Shown here: positions 23,075 to 32,769 of the stretch, one piece after another
Layout of the letters: every line of letters starts with the position of its first letter
Position numbering within the stretch: the first letter of the stretch is position 1
From: Candidatus Dadabacteria bacterium UBA1144
Lineage (GTDB): Bacteria > Desulfobacterota_D > UBA1144
Direction: 5' to 3'
Length of the DNA: 64,000 nt
NCBI GenBank assembly: GCA_002311855.1
Contig: DCAB01000012.1
Span: forward strand, 388,112-452,111
The notes under the pieces: model-generated
Database searches by the model: none
Seen by the model: only the letters and a program-made list of their open reading frames with translations
What the model was told of the DNA's origin: nothing
Position numbers and translations under genes: made by a program

Positions 23075-24310
23075 ATGAGTGTAGATATTGATAAGACATT
23101 AGACAAGAAGATAGTTTTCCCTAGCGTTTTAAAATATTTGTTAATGATAGGAGTTCTACTTGGACTAATAACGTTTTTCTATTTATTGAATTCTGGTCAT
23201 GAAGATATTGCATGGTCTGCTTTTCATCTAAATTTTGTATTTTGGGCCGGCGTAAGCCATGGTGGGGTACTCTTTGCATGCGCTATGCGTATTACCAAGT
23301 CGAGTTGGGGTAGATCCATAATGAGAATAAGTGAATCTTTTGCGTCTTTCATTCCCTTTGTTCTTATTTTTCTATTTATATTATTTTTAGGAAGGGAATA
23401 TACAATGCCATATACTGTTCTGGCATATAAACAAAAATGGCTAAATACTTCTTTTGTTCTTTTCAGAAGTGTGTTTTTTATAGGAATCCTTCATATACTT
23501 ATTTACTATTATATTTATTATTCGCTTAGACAAGATTGCATTGGTACTAATAGATTTAGAGGCTTCTTCTCGTTTTTGTCCTCAGATTCTGAAGCAAATC
23601 AAGACCCCAGCAATTATGATTCGAATCTCGTTAGACTTTCTGTTGCAATTGCCATTATGTATGCGTTGTCAATGAGTTTTCTTTCCTGGGATTTTATTAT
23701 GTCCCTACATCCACATTTTTATAGCACTCTTTTTGGAGTTTACTACTTCATGGCTTCATTATTGGCTGCTCTTGGATTGTTAATAATCCTTTCTTCTATT
23801 CTCACGAACTATTTTAAATTAGGAGACGTTATAACCGAATATCAATTTTATGATTCCGCAAAGTTGATGTTTGGTCTCTCTATTTTTTGGCTTTATCTAT
23901 TTTTTTCTCAATTTCTTCCTATTTGGTATGCAAATATGCCTGAAGAAACTGGCTTCCTAGGCGCCATATTCTTTGAAGATCCTTATAAATCTTTGGCCTG
24001 GGCAACGATTACTTGTGTTTTTGTCATTCCTTTTGTAACACTAATTCCTAGGACAACAAAAATTGTTAAGCCCGCATTAGTTACAATTGCTTCTATTTCT
24101 TTCTTGGGGTTATTTCTTGAAAAAATAGTATTGATATATCCTTCAATAGTCCATCACAATTTTCATTTTGGTATTGAGAGTATATTAATTTCATTGGGAT
24201 TCTTATCTTTGTTTCTGCTTTGTATTATTAGATTTCTCGGGTATTTTCCTATATTTGCTTCGAAAGATCCGTATTTGATTAAAAAATTGACCAAAGGAGA
24301 TGAACATTAA
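23075..24310 (+). CDS. actF: Alternative Complex III membrane subunit F
   Basis: Multi-TM; WDFIMSLHPHFYSTLFG, FSQFLPIWYANMPEE. Confidence 0.88.
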   Translation: MSVDIDKTLDKKIVFPSVLKYLLMIGVLLGLITFFYLLNSGHEDIAWSAFHLNFVFWAGVSHGGVLFACAMRITKSSWGRSIMRISESFASFIPFVLIFLFILFLGREYTMPYTVLAYKQKWLNTSFVLFRSVFFIGILHILIYYYIYYSLRQDCIGTNRFRGFFSFLSSDSEANQDPSNYDSNLVRLSVAIAIMYALSMSFLSWDFIMSLHPHFYSTLFGVYYFMASLLAALGLLIILSSILTNYFKLGDVITEYQFYDSAKLMFGLSIFWLYLFFSQFLPIWYANMPEETGFLGAIFFEDPYKSLAWATITCVFVIPFVTLIPRTTKIVKPALVTIASISFLGLFLEKIVLIYPSIVHHNFHFGIESILISLGFLSLFLLCIIRFLGYFPIFASKDPYLIKKLTKGDEH

Positions 24311-24459
24311 TGGATTTTAAGAGTGATAAACTGGGGACAGCCGGGGCTGTTGGTTTGGCTATAGGTATTTGTGGATTTATTTCACTATTAGTTATTATAT
24401 CAATGCTTGGCCCTTTTATTCCTAGAATTATTAGGATTGTCTTTGGTATAGTAAACTAA
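24310..24459 (+). CDS. 49-aa membrane microprotein at the end of the act operon
   Basis: ATG overlaps the actF TAA; MDFKSDKLGTAGAVGLAIGICGFISLLVIISMLGPFIPRIIRIVFGIVN; fills the actF-purM gap; below ORF-track cutoff. Confidence 0.72.
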   Translation: MDFKSDKLGTAGAVGLAIGICGFISLLVIISMLGPFIPRIIRIVFGIVN

Positions 24460-24465
24460 TTTTCA

Positions 24466-25479
24466 ATGAAGGATAAAATTACTTATAAAGATTCTGGAGT
24501 TAGCATTTATGAAGGAAATAGATTCGTAAAAAGTATCCAACCCTACATAAAGAAGACCCTAAATAAAAATGTAATTGGTAGTACCACATCTTTTGCCGCC
24601 TTATTTGCAATAAATACAAATAAATACAAAAAACCTTTGCTAGTCGCATGTACCGATGGCGTTGGAACTAAAATACAAATTGGTATCAAAACAAATAAAA
24701 TAAAAGGCCTAGGAATTGACTTGGTTGCTATGTGTGTGAATGATTTGCTATGTACCGGCGCAACACCACTTTTTTTTCTTGATTATCTTGCTACTTCAAA
24801 ATTGCGAACTAAATATCACTCTGAAATAATTAAAGGAATCTCAGAGGGTTGTATTGAATCAAAATGCACTTTGGTTGGGGGTGAGACGGCTGAAACACCT
24901 GGTGTTTACACCGGAACCGACTTTGACTTGGCAGGCTTTGCAGTAGGTATTGTTGATAGACAGAAATTGATAAATACTACGAGGATTAAAAGTGGAGATT
25001 TATTGATTGGCCTTCCTTCTAATGGAATCCATTCAAATGGATATTCCCTTGTACGAAAACTTTTTTTTACCAAAAACAACCATTATTCAAGAGATAAAAA
25101 ATTTATTAATTCGGTAATGAAACCAACAAGAATATATTTCAATGTTTTAAACAAGATTAAGAGCAAATTTGCGATTAAGGGAATAGCCCATATAACGGGG
25201 GGAGGTTTGGTAGGAAATATCCCTAGAATTATTCCTCAAGGTTTAGGTTGCGAACTCATTAAAGATTCTTGGCCTACTCCTAAGCTATTTGATTTAATTC
25301 AGGAATCATCACGACTTAGCTCACGCGAAATGTTTAATATCTTTAATATGGGAATAGGCCTTGTTCTTTGTATTGATAAAAACAAACTACCTATCCTAGA
25401 AAAAACTTTCAGCTTAATTAAAGAAAAATATTATCTGATAGGCACAATAAGTAAGAAATCAGGATTGAAAATTATCTAA
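24466..25479 (+). CDS. purM: phosphoribosylformylglycinamidine cyclo-ligase
   Basis: YKDSGV, TDGVGTK, DLVAMCVND, GGETAE, HSNGYSL, HITGGG, FNMGIG. Confidence 0.97.
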   Translation: MKDKITYKDSGVSIYEGNRFVKSIQPYIKKTLNKNVIGSTTSFAALFAINTNKYKKPLLVACTDGVGTKIQIGIKTNKIKGLGIDLVAMCVNDLLCTGATPLFFLDYLATSKLRTKYHSEIIKGISEGCIESKCTLVGGETAETPGVYTGTDFDLAGFAVGIVDRQKLINTTRIKSGDLLIGLPSNGIHSNGYSLVRKLFFTKNNHYSRDKKFINSVMKPTRIYFNVLNKIKSKFAIKGIAHITGGGLVGNIPRIIPQGLGCELIKDSWPTPKLFDLIQESSRLSSREMFNIFNMGIGLVLCIDKNKLPILEKTFSLIKEKYYLIGTISKKSGLKII

Positions 25480-26269
25480 AATTCCATGTCCCAGGCATGT
25501 ATGCAAATAAAACTTTAATATTTAATTTTTTTAGATATTTCCAAGATTTAGGAAATGGCGGGTAGGGAGCCGCTGTAATTATTGCTGACTTTGCTCCTTC
25601 ATCCAAACGTTTGAATCCAGAAGACTTTAATATTGAAACACTAATCAATTTCCCTGTCTTATCTACTGACATCACGACAAGCACCTTGCCACTTTCAGCT
25701 TTATTATATGATTCTCTTGGATATGACCAAACCATTTGAATTTTTCTTTTTATTTTTAAAAAATATGAAATGTATTTAAATTCTTTCGTATTAAGTTCCA
25801 CCGTCGCTTCGGTCTGTGAATTGGGAACGGATAATTGAGGTTTAAATATACTATTCTTTTGTTGCGGAGAATCTACTTTAGCTTCTTTGATATTGTCCTC
25901 TTTTTTTAATTCTTCATCAAACTTTTTCAAATCACCTAACTCTTTATCTTTTTGTGCTTTCTTTTCTTCAGTTTTTTTAGAGAATTTTCTCTCATACTGC
26001 TTAGGAGATGGTTTTTCGTAATTTTTGTATTTATCGTCTGGTGCCTTTTCTTTTTTAGCTTTATGGGTGTGTTTCGCTAATCTTTTAGCATCATTTTCTT
26101 TTTCGATATATGGAAATTCTATTTCTGTTATTTCAATGTATTTTAGTGGTTTTTCATACAAGAGAGTTGCATCACTAAAAATAATCGCCAAGATAAAAAT
26201 TAATAGATGTATCAGAACCGATAAAGGTAAAAAAACATCCTTTTTTAATTTTTTTAATAAATCTCTCAT
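25472..26269 (-). CDS. tonB: energy transducer TonB family protein
   Basis: N-terminal TM with SxxxH (SVLIH), Lys/Glu-rich linker, TonB_C domain (WSYP, SSG..LD..A). Confidence 0.8.
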   Translation of the reverse strand: MRDLLKKLKKDVFLPLSVLIHLLIFILAIIFSDATLLYEKPLKYIEITEIEFPYIEKENDAKRLAKHTHKAKKEKAPDDKYKNYEKPSPKQYERKFSKKTEEKKAQKDKELGDLKKFDEELKKEDNIKEAKVDSPQQKNSIFKPQLSVPNSQTEATVELNTKEFKYISYFLKIKRKIQMVWSYPRESYNKAESGKVLVVMSVDKTGKLISVSILKSSGFKRLDEGAKSAIITAAPYPPFPKSWKYLKKLNIKVLFAYMPGTWNFR

Positions 26270-26297
26270 GCACTAAAATTTTAATTTATATTTTAGA

Positions 26298-26603
26298 ATG
26301 TATCATTATATTATGTATAAAAAAACGGTATTTTTTTCATTTATATCTATTTTTTTATTCATTCCTTCTTTCTGTTCCTTTTCTGTGGCGCATTCTATCT
26401 TAATTGATGAAAACGATATAGTTGTTTCTTCTACAAAATCTCCTAGAGAAAGGTGGAATTATAACAAGGAGGAAGATAAAATTAATCATTACAAAAAAAT
26501 GGTCAACACGAGATATAAAGATGATAATTTTGCGACAGAGATCCGAGAGAACAAAGGCGATAAGAGGATAAATCGACCAGGATCACCGAGGGATCGATAC
26601 TAG
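26298..26603 (+). CDS. hypothetical exported protein
   Basis: Signal-peptide-like N-terminus and charged C-terminus; start may be 26313. Confidence 0.55.
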   Translation: MYHYIMYKKTVFFSFISIFLFIPSFCSFSVAHSILIDENDIVVSSTKSPRERWNYNKEEDKINHYKKMVNTRYKDDNFATEIRENKGDKRINRPGSPRDRY

Positions 26604-26618
26604 TATTTAAAAATTATA

Positions 26619-27296
26619 ATGAAATTGAAAGATATTTGTTTACTGACTTTTCTTATTTTATTTATATCAAGCTGCTCTTGGGTTTCAGAGACTTGGGAAA
26701 AAAGACCTGATTGGATAATGCCTGACAAAGGATTGAATCAACAACTAACAGAATATAAAGTGAGTAAAGAATTGCTAACCGGTTTTAATATTTCTTTATC
26801 GATTAGCGAAACCAAGAAACTTATAAGCGACAATGGCTTTGATTATAAAAAGCGTAGACTGGACAAAAAATCTCAAATTCAAACATTTAACTTTGAAGGT
26901 ACTTTGTTTGATACCAAAAACCTGTTTACTTATAAGGCCATTAATTCTAGTGTTGATTTTTTTGACGATACAATCCTATCTTCAAGGGTTCGTATTGATG
27001 CATCTAACGAGAATAATTTAGAGGAAATTGTTAACGCGGTTTATCAAATTCTAGTCGATTTTTATTCATCTCCCCTATCAGAAAATTCAATTTATTCTTT
27101 TCAGATTTATAAATGGGCTCAAAATGATGTAGAAGTATTTTTGTCTATAGATAAAGAACATAAAAGTATTCTGATATCAGAAGTTAATTCAATTGTTGAA
27201 GAATCAAGAAGCTTTCAAGAATTTAAAGAAGAATTTATTGACGACTTTCAAACTTACGAAGAAGAAATTAGATATGGTAAAAATCGGGACAAGTAG
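26619..27296 (+). CDS. hypothetical lipoprotein
   Basis: Lipobox FISSC after a hydrophobic stretch; 225 aa. Confidence 0.7.
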   Translation: MKLKDICLLTFLILFISSCSWVSETWEKRPDWIMPDKGLNQQLTEYKVSKELLTGFNISLSISETKKLISDNGFDYKKRRLDKKSQIQTFNFEGTLFDTKNLFTYKAINSSVDFFDDTILSSRVRIDASNENNLEEIVNAVYQILVDFYSSPLSENSIYSFQIYKWAQNDVEVFLSIDKEHKSILISEVNSIVEESRSFQEFKEEFIDDFQTYEEEIRYGKNRDK

Positions 27297-27354
27297 ATTC
27301 TAAGAAATATTGAAAAAGAAACAAAATGACCCTTTTACTACTGTGCGTGGATTG

Positions 27355-29325
27355 TTAGACAATTGTAATACCTTCTTCAATGATCCTCCCCAAATCTAGC
27401 ATGATTTTATTGAGGGAATAGTCTTTGGGTGTATAAATAGCTCTTACACCACAATTTCTAAGAGATTCGTGATCCTCCTCTGGCACGATACCTCCAACAA
27501 TTAAAGGTGTGGAACCAAAACCCCTTTCTCTCATCATTGTAATAATTCTAGGTACAATAGATAAATGTGATCCGGATAATATGCTCAGACCAACTAAATC
27601 GACGTTCTCTTGCTCTATGGTGCTCATAATTTCTTCAGGAGTTAGCCTAATTCCGTGGTAAATTACTTCCATCCCTACATCTCGTGCCCTAACGGCGATT
27701 TGTTCTGCACCATTAGAATGCCCATCTAACCCAGGTTTCCCAACTAATATCTTTGCTGGCCTACCGAGTTTCTTGCTTATTGTCTGCATTTTTTTTCTGA
27801 CCTCATCAATATTATTATCTTTTAAATTAGTTGAGATTGAGGTTCCGGTTGGAGGTCTGTATTCACCAAATATTCCTCTTAAAGTGTCTGCCCATTCCCC
27901 CGTAGTAACTCCATTTAATGCACATTCAATTGATATTGGCATTATGTTTTCATAATTGATTACAGCATTTTTCAGTCTTTCTAAACTCTCTTTTATTAAT
28001 TTTTGATTCCTACTCTTTTTGTACTTCTTAAGTGAATTTATTTTTGATTTTGCGATCTCCTCATCGACTTTTTGGATAGACTTATCTACAGAGAAAGGTG
28101 ACTCTTCAGTTTCTTGATAACAATTGACCCCAACAATTTTTCTTTCGCTAGTTTCTATTTGATGTGATCTATGAGATAACGACGTGACCAAGGATTCTTT
28201 CATGTAACCGTTCTCAATAGCAACGGTTGCACCACCCATTTTGTCGATCTTGTTTATTTCTTTATACGCTGCTTTTTTCAATTCGTTCACTTTCTCTTCT
28301 ATAACTGGAGATTTATCAAATATATCTGGATATTCAAGAAGATCTGTTTCATAAGCCAATATTTGTTGAAATCTTAATGACCATTGTTGATCCCAAGGTT
28401 TCGGTAGACCTAATGCTTCATTCCATCCTGGAAGCTGAATCGCTCTTGCGCGAGCACTTTTACTTAAAGTTACAGCAAGCATTTCTATTATTATTCGTGC
28501 AACATTATTTTCTGGCTGTTGTGCGGTTAGACCCAACGAATTGACTTGGACGCCATATCGAAATCTTCTGAATTTTGCATCTTTAACATTGTATCTATTA
28601 AGACATATCTCATCCCACATTTCGGTAAATGCTCTCATTTTGGAAAGCTCTTCAACGAATCTTATTCCAGCATTGACAAAGAATGATATTCTTCCAACAA
28701 TTTTTGGAAAACTTTTTTCAGGTATTTGTTTTGAATCTCTTACCGCATCAAGAATACAGATAGCATTTGAAAGAGCAAAGGCGATTTCTTGAACAGGTGT
28801 TGCACCTGCTTCCTGCAGGTGGTAACTACATATGTTGGTGGGGTTCCATTTGGGAACATTTTTATAACAATAGACTATCATGTCCGATATCAGCTTTATC
28901 GACTCTTTTGGAGGGAAAATATATGTACCTCTTGAAAGGTATTCCTTAAGGATGTCATTTTGGGTAGTTCCTTGAAGCTTATTTAGATCAACATCATATT
29001 GTTTTGCCACGGCACAATATAACGCAAGTAACCAAGCCGCGGTGGCATTTATTGTCATTGAGGTATTCATTTTGTCTAAAGGTATATCATTGAATAGAGC
29101 CTTCATGTCTCTTATATTTGATATGGAAACACCAACTTTTCCAACTTCCCCCTCGGATAAAATATGATCGGAGTCATATCCAGTTTGAGTCGGGAGATCA
29201 AAGGCTACACTAAGACCCGTTTGTCCTTTAGATAGGTTAGTTTTAAATAATTTGTTAGATTCTTCTGCGGTACTATGACCCGCATAAGTTCTCATGATCC
29301 ATGGCTTATCCTTAGATAAAGTCAT
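27355..29325 (-). CDS. ecm: ethylmalonyl-CoA mutase (MeaA/Ecm), B12-dependent
   Basis: PWIMRTYAGHS, GLSVAFDLPTQTGYD, CSYHLQEAGA, RYGVQVNSLGLT; C-terminal KPGLDGHSNG B12-binding domain. Confidence 0.92.
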   Translation of the reverse strand: MTLSKDKPWIMRTYAGHSTAEESNKLFKTNLSKGQTGLSVAFDLPTQTGYDSDHILSEGEVGKVGVSISNIRDMKALFNDIPLDKMNTSMTINATAAWLLALYCAVAKQYDVDLNKLQGTTQNDILKEYLSRGTYIFPPKESIKLISDMIVYCYKNVPKWNPTNICSYHLQEAGATPVQEIAFALSNAICILDAVRDSKQIPEKSFPKIVGRISFFVNAGIRFVEELSKMRAFTEMWDEICLNRYNVKDAKFRRFRYGVQVNSLGLTAQQPENNVARIIIEMLAVTLSKSARARAIQLPGWNEALGLPKPWDQQWSLRFQQILAYETDLLEYPDIFDKSPVIEEKVNELKKAAYKEINKIDKMGGATVAIENGYMKESLVTSLSHRSHQIETSERKIVGVNCYQETEESPFSVDKSIQKVDEEIAKSKINSLKKYKKSRNQKLIKESLERLKNAVINYENIMPISIECALNGVTTGEWADTLRGIFGEYRPPTGTSISTNLKDNNIDEVRKKMQTISKKLGRPAKILVGKPGLDGHSNGAEQIAVRARDVGMEVIYHGIRLTPEEIMSTIEQENVDLVGLSILSGSHLSIVPRIITMMRERGFGSTPLIVGGIVPEEDHESLRNCGVRAIYTPKDYSLNKIMLDLGRIIEEGITIV

Positions 29326-29339
29326 TTTTAAATTATACT

Positions 29340-30374
29340 CTATTCAGCCGAATTTAGGATGTCATAGCCAGTTATCGATTTACTTTTCTCTGCCATTGAG
29401 TCCAAATATTTTTTGTCAACTAATCCTGCAAGACATGCTTTGGATACTCTCATTAGAGCTATTTTTGCAGTGGCCTCATCTATCATCTCGCCAGTTTTTG
29501 GATTAAACATGGATCCGCCACCCATTTCATGGTAAAAATCTAGTTGATGGATTGCTTCCTTAATTTGTTGTTCATTAGGTGTGAAAGCGTTATTCGCAAC
29601 GACTGCTTGTTGTGGATGAATAACCCATGTGCCATCCATTCCGATAGCGGCGGAACCCTCGCATTTTTTCTTTAATCCATCTTCAACTTCTTTAATTCTT
29701 TCAGGACTATCATTTTTTCTCCATAAAGCTAGATAGACATTGTCAATTGCGTGAATCCCAGCTGCTTTTGCTGCGGTTATAACAGCTTTTTTCTCGTAAT
29801 GAAAGACCTCATTCTGTCTATCTAGACAATATTTTGGATCAACACCTAATTCTGCAGTATAATCAGCAATTCCAAAAATAAGCCCTGCCATTCTAGGGGA
29901 GGCCATTGCCATTTCATATGCATATTCCAATGCTCTAGGTCTTTCGATTAAAGCTTCGATTGCAAGTTTTGTTTTCCAACCATATTTAGATTCGAGTTCA
30001 TCAAGGGTGTCAGATACCAACTTAACGTCTTCGGGCCCATTACACTTTGGGATGATTATCCCATGAAATTTGTCTACAGCTTCTTTTAAAACAGCATCCA
30101 TGTCGCCCCTGAAAAATTCAGATTTTAAATTATTGGGTCTTACCGTAATAACTTTTTTCCCGAAATCTAATTTATTTAAAGCTTCAATCATTGTGGCCCT
30201 ACTTTTATCACCTTTAAATTCATATGGGCAAGCATCTTCTAGGTCAGCCATTACATGATCAACCGGTGTTTTTTCTGCATTGGCAGCATTTGTGTGGAGT
30301 TTCATGTTGTGCCCTGGATAAGTTAGTTCGGTTCTTGGCACCACAATTCTTGTTCCTTCATCTAAAATAAACAA
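29340..30374 (-). CDS. CitE/HpcH-family CoA-ester lyase, probable malyl-CoA/methylmalyl-CoA lyase
   Basis: DLEDA, TVRPN, IIPK, ALIE, FGIADY, IHPQQ; lies between mcd-like gene and ecm. Confidence 0.8.
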   Translation of the reverse strand: MFILDEGTRIVVPRTELTYPGHNMKLHTNAANAEKTPVDHVMADLEDACPYEFKGDKSRATMIEALNKLDFGKKVITVRPNNLKSEFFRGDMDAVLKEAVDKFHGIIIPKCNGPEDVKLVSDTLDELESKYGWKTKLAIEALIERPRALEYAYEMAMASPRMAGLIFGIADYTAELGVDPKYCLDRQNEVFHYEKKAVITAAKAAGIHAIDNVYLALWRKNDSPERIKEVEDGLKKKCEGSAAIGMDGTWVIHPQQAVVANNAFTPNEQQIKEAIHQLDFYHEMGGGSMFNPKTGEMIDEATAKIALMRVSKACLAGLVDKKYLDSMAEKSKSITGYDILNSAE

Positions 30375-30402
30375 TTCATTTCCTCCTAAAATAACAAAAA
30401 TT

Positions 30403-31566
30403 CTATTTATTTAGAATTGATTTTGCTATGATTTCATGTTGGATTTCACTTGTTCCTTCGAAGATGCTTATTACTCTTCCATCTCTCCAATATCTTTCCA
30501 CAGGAAATTCCTTGGAGTATCCATATCCTCCGAGTATCTGCATAGCTTCTCTAGTGATGAACTCTACCGCTTTGGCTGCTTTAACTTTGGCCATTCCTGC
30601 TTCTAAATCGCACCTTTTTCCAGAATCTTTCATGGAGGCAGCGTAGTAAACTAGCTGCCTGGAAGCCTCAAGTTCTACGGCCATCTCAGACAGTTTCATT
30701 CTGATAGCTTGATGTTCACAAATAGGCTTCCCGAATTGTTCACGTTCTTTTGAATATTGTAAAGAAAAGTCAAAAGCAGCTTGAGCAACCCCCACAGCTC
30801 GTGCTGCAGTCTGAAGTCTAGCGACTTCATAACTTGCCATTAATTGATAGAAGCCCTTATTCTCTGCTCCACTTAGTAAATTTTCTTCTGGTACAAAGGT
30901 ATCTTCAAATGCTAGATTGTATGATTTCATTCCATGATAGCCAACCGTGGGTATCGGCTCACCTTTAATATTAGGATGATCTATTTTTTCTCCGGACTCT
31001 TTATCAACAAAAAAAATACTTAAGCCCTTATGTCTTTTGCTGGCATCGGGATCAGTTCGCGCAAGAACGATTAAGCAATTGGCACGATTAGCAAAAGTAC
31101 ACCATGCTTTTGCTCCATTTAATAGGTATCCACCATCAGTTTTAGTTGCTTTAAGTCTCATGCTAGCTGAGTCAGAGCCTGAATCTGGTTCTGTGAAAGC
31201 GGCAGCGGGTAATATCTGACCGATAGCGAGACCGGGTAAATATTTTTTCTTTTGCTCTTCAGTTCCGTGAGCCTCAAGCAACGTGCCCATAATTATTCCC
31301 CTTGTCATTACACTCCCAACACTGAGCCATCCCTTGCTGAGCTCTTCGGCAACTATTGCCATAGTTATATTGTCGAGACCCAATCCACCATATTCTTCCT
31401 GGAACAACACGCCAAAATATCCTTGCTCGGCCATTTTTTGGATGATTTCCATTGGAATCTCAGCTTGTTTGGCATCCAATTCTGATGCGATGGGTACTAT
31501 TTCTTCCTCAGTAAATCTCCGAACCGCTCTTCTAAATTCTTCATGTTCTTCGGTAACTAAAGGCAT
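30403..31566 (-). CDS. acyl-CoA dehydrogenase, probable (2S)-methylsuccinyl-CoA dehydrogenase
   Basis: FTEPDSGSD, LARTDP, GYHGMKSY, ARLQTAARAVGVAQ, RCDLEAGMAK, IFEGTSEIQ; GGAGG spacing favours ATG 31566 over 31572. Confidence 0.8.
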   Translation of the reverse strand: MPLVTEEHEEFRRAVRRFTEEEIVPIASELDAKQAEIPMEIIQKMAEQGYFGVLFQEEYGGLGLDNITMAIVAEELSKGWLSVGSVMTRGIIMGTLLEAHGTEEQKKKYLPGLAIGQILPAAAFTEPDSGSDSASMRLKATKTDGGYLLNGAKAWCTFANRANCLIVLARTDPDASKRHKGLSIFFVDKESGEKIDHPNIKGEPIPTVGYHGMKSYNLAFEDTFVPEENLLSGAENKGFYQLMASYEVARLQTAARAVGVAQAAFDFSLQYSKEREQFGKPICEHQAIRMKLSEMAVELEASRQLVYYAASMKDSGKRCDLEAGMAKVKAAKAVEFITREAMQILGGYGYSKEFPVERYWRDGRVISIFEGTSEIQHEIIAKSILNK

Positions 31567-31724
31567 GGACATCCTCCATCTACGGTATTATTAAGTATTG
31601 AAGTGCAACTTACCGTCATTTATTATACAACGCAATTACTGAATTAAAAGAGAAAAGGCTTCCAAATAAATTAAAAAAAATATATATTTAATATAAAATC
31701 ATATTTAAAATATTGGAGATCAAA

Positions 31725-32192
31725 ATGGATTTTACTCATATCGATATTAAGCTTGAACAAGGTAATGTAAAAATTAAACTTAAACCAGATCTTGCTCCTA
31801 ACCATTCTCAAAGAATTGTGGAACTTGCTAATGAAGGTTTTTATAATGGGGTGGTCTTCCATAGAGTTATTCCTGATTTTATGGCGCAAACCGGTGACCC
31901 CACGGGTACAGGAACTGGATCTTCGGAGAAACCAAACTTAAAGCAGGAATTCAGTTCTGAAAAACATGTTCGAGGAACAGTTTCAATGGCAAGATCTAGC
32001 GATCCAGATAGTGGAAATTCTCAATTCTTTATTTGCTACAAAGATTGTACGTCGCTAGATGGTAATTATACTGTTTGGGGTGAAGTTGTAGAAGGGATGG
32101 AACTTGTAGACAACTTAAAAAAGGGTAGAGATTCAAGTGGCATGGTTGAAAATCCTGATAAAATGATTGAAGTTACAGCTATTAATGAATAA
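31725..32192 (+). CDS. cyclophilin-type peptidyl-prolyl cis-trans isomerase
   Basis: FHRVIPDFMAQTGDP, GTVSMAR, SQFFI, YTVWG. Confidence 0.95.
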   Translation: MDFTHIDIKLEQGNVKIKLKPDLAPNHSQRIVELANEGFYNGVVFHRVIPDFMAQTGDPTGTGTGSSEKPNLKQEFSSEKHVRGTVSMARSSDPDSGNSQFFICYKDCTSLDGNYTVWGEVVEGMELVDNLKKGRDSSGMVENPDKMIEVTAINE

Positions 32193-32205
32193 ATGGATAA
32201 ATAAA

Positions 32206-32769
32206 ATGAATATCGACGAAATTCCTTTCTTACGAGACAACAAATGGACCATCACTCCAATATTATATTTTTTACTTTTGGTATCAGTCTCTGCTTTGTT
32301 TCTATCTATAAATTCATCTGACGAATATATTGATTCTAGACAAAATGAAATAGATGGAATTGCTTTAAACGCACAATTTAGGGGTGACACTAATGCTTTA
32401 GGTGGATATTCACCACAATCACATGAATATGCGATAATTTCTAAGATTCTCAGTTCTAATAATTTTAGATTGAAATCAAAAAAATCATCTTTTCAAAATC
32501 TTTCGGTCGTCTCATCTGTTTATGCGCTTGACCACGGTAATAAAGTTATAGGTATTGGTTATGTTGCGTCAAATGATGGTGACTGTAGGAAATTAAGAGC
32601 TATCTCGATTAGTCAACTCGGAGAACATTATATGACACGCAATGATGATTCATTAAGTGAAAAAATCTCATGGAAATCGGAAGAAAATAAATTTACTTTT
32701 TTTAATCGATTCTTTTCCCATGGAATAGAATTAGATAGTATTTGCATATATCTAATTTCAAATAGATGA
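32206..32769 (+). CDS. hypothetical membrane-anchored protein
   Basis: Single N-terminal TM; no recognised motif; start uncertain. Confidence 0.55.
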   Translation: MNIDEIPFLRDNKWTITPILYFLLLVSVSALFLSINSSDEYIDSRQNEIDGIALNAQFRGDTNALGGYSPQSHEYAIISKILSSNNFRLKSKKSSFQNLSVVSSVYALDHGNKVIGIGYVASNDGDCRKLRAISISQLGEHYMTRNDDSLSEKISWKSEENKFTFFNRFFSHGIELDSICIYLISNR

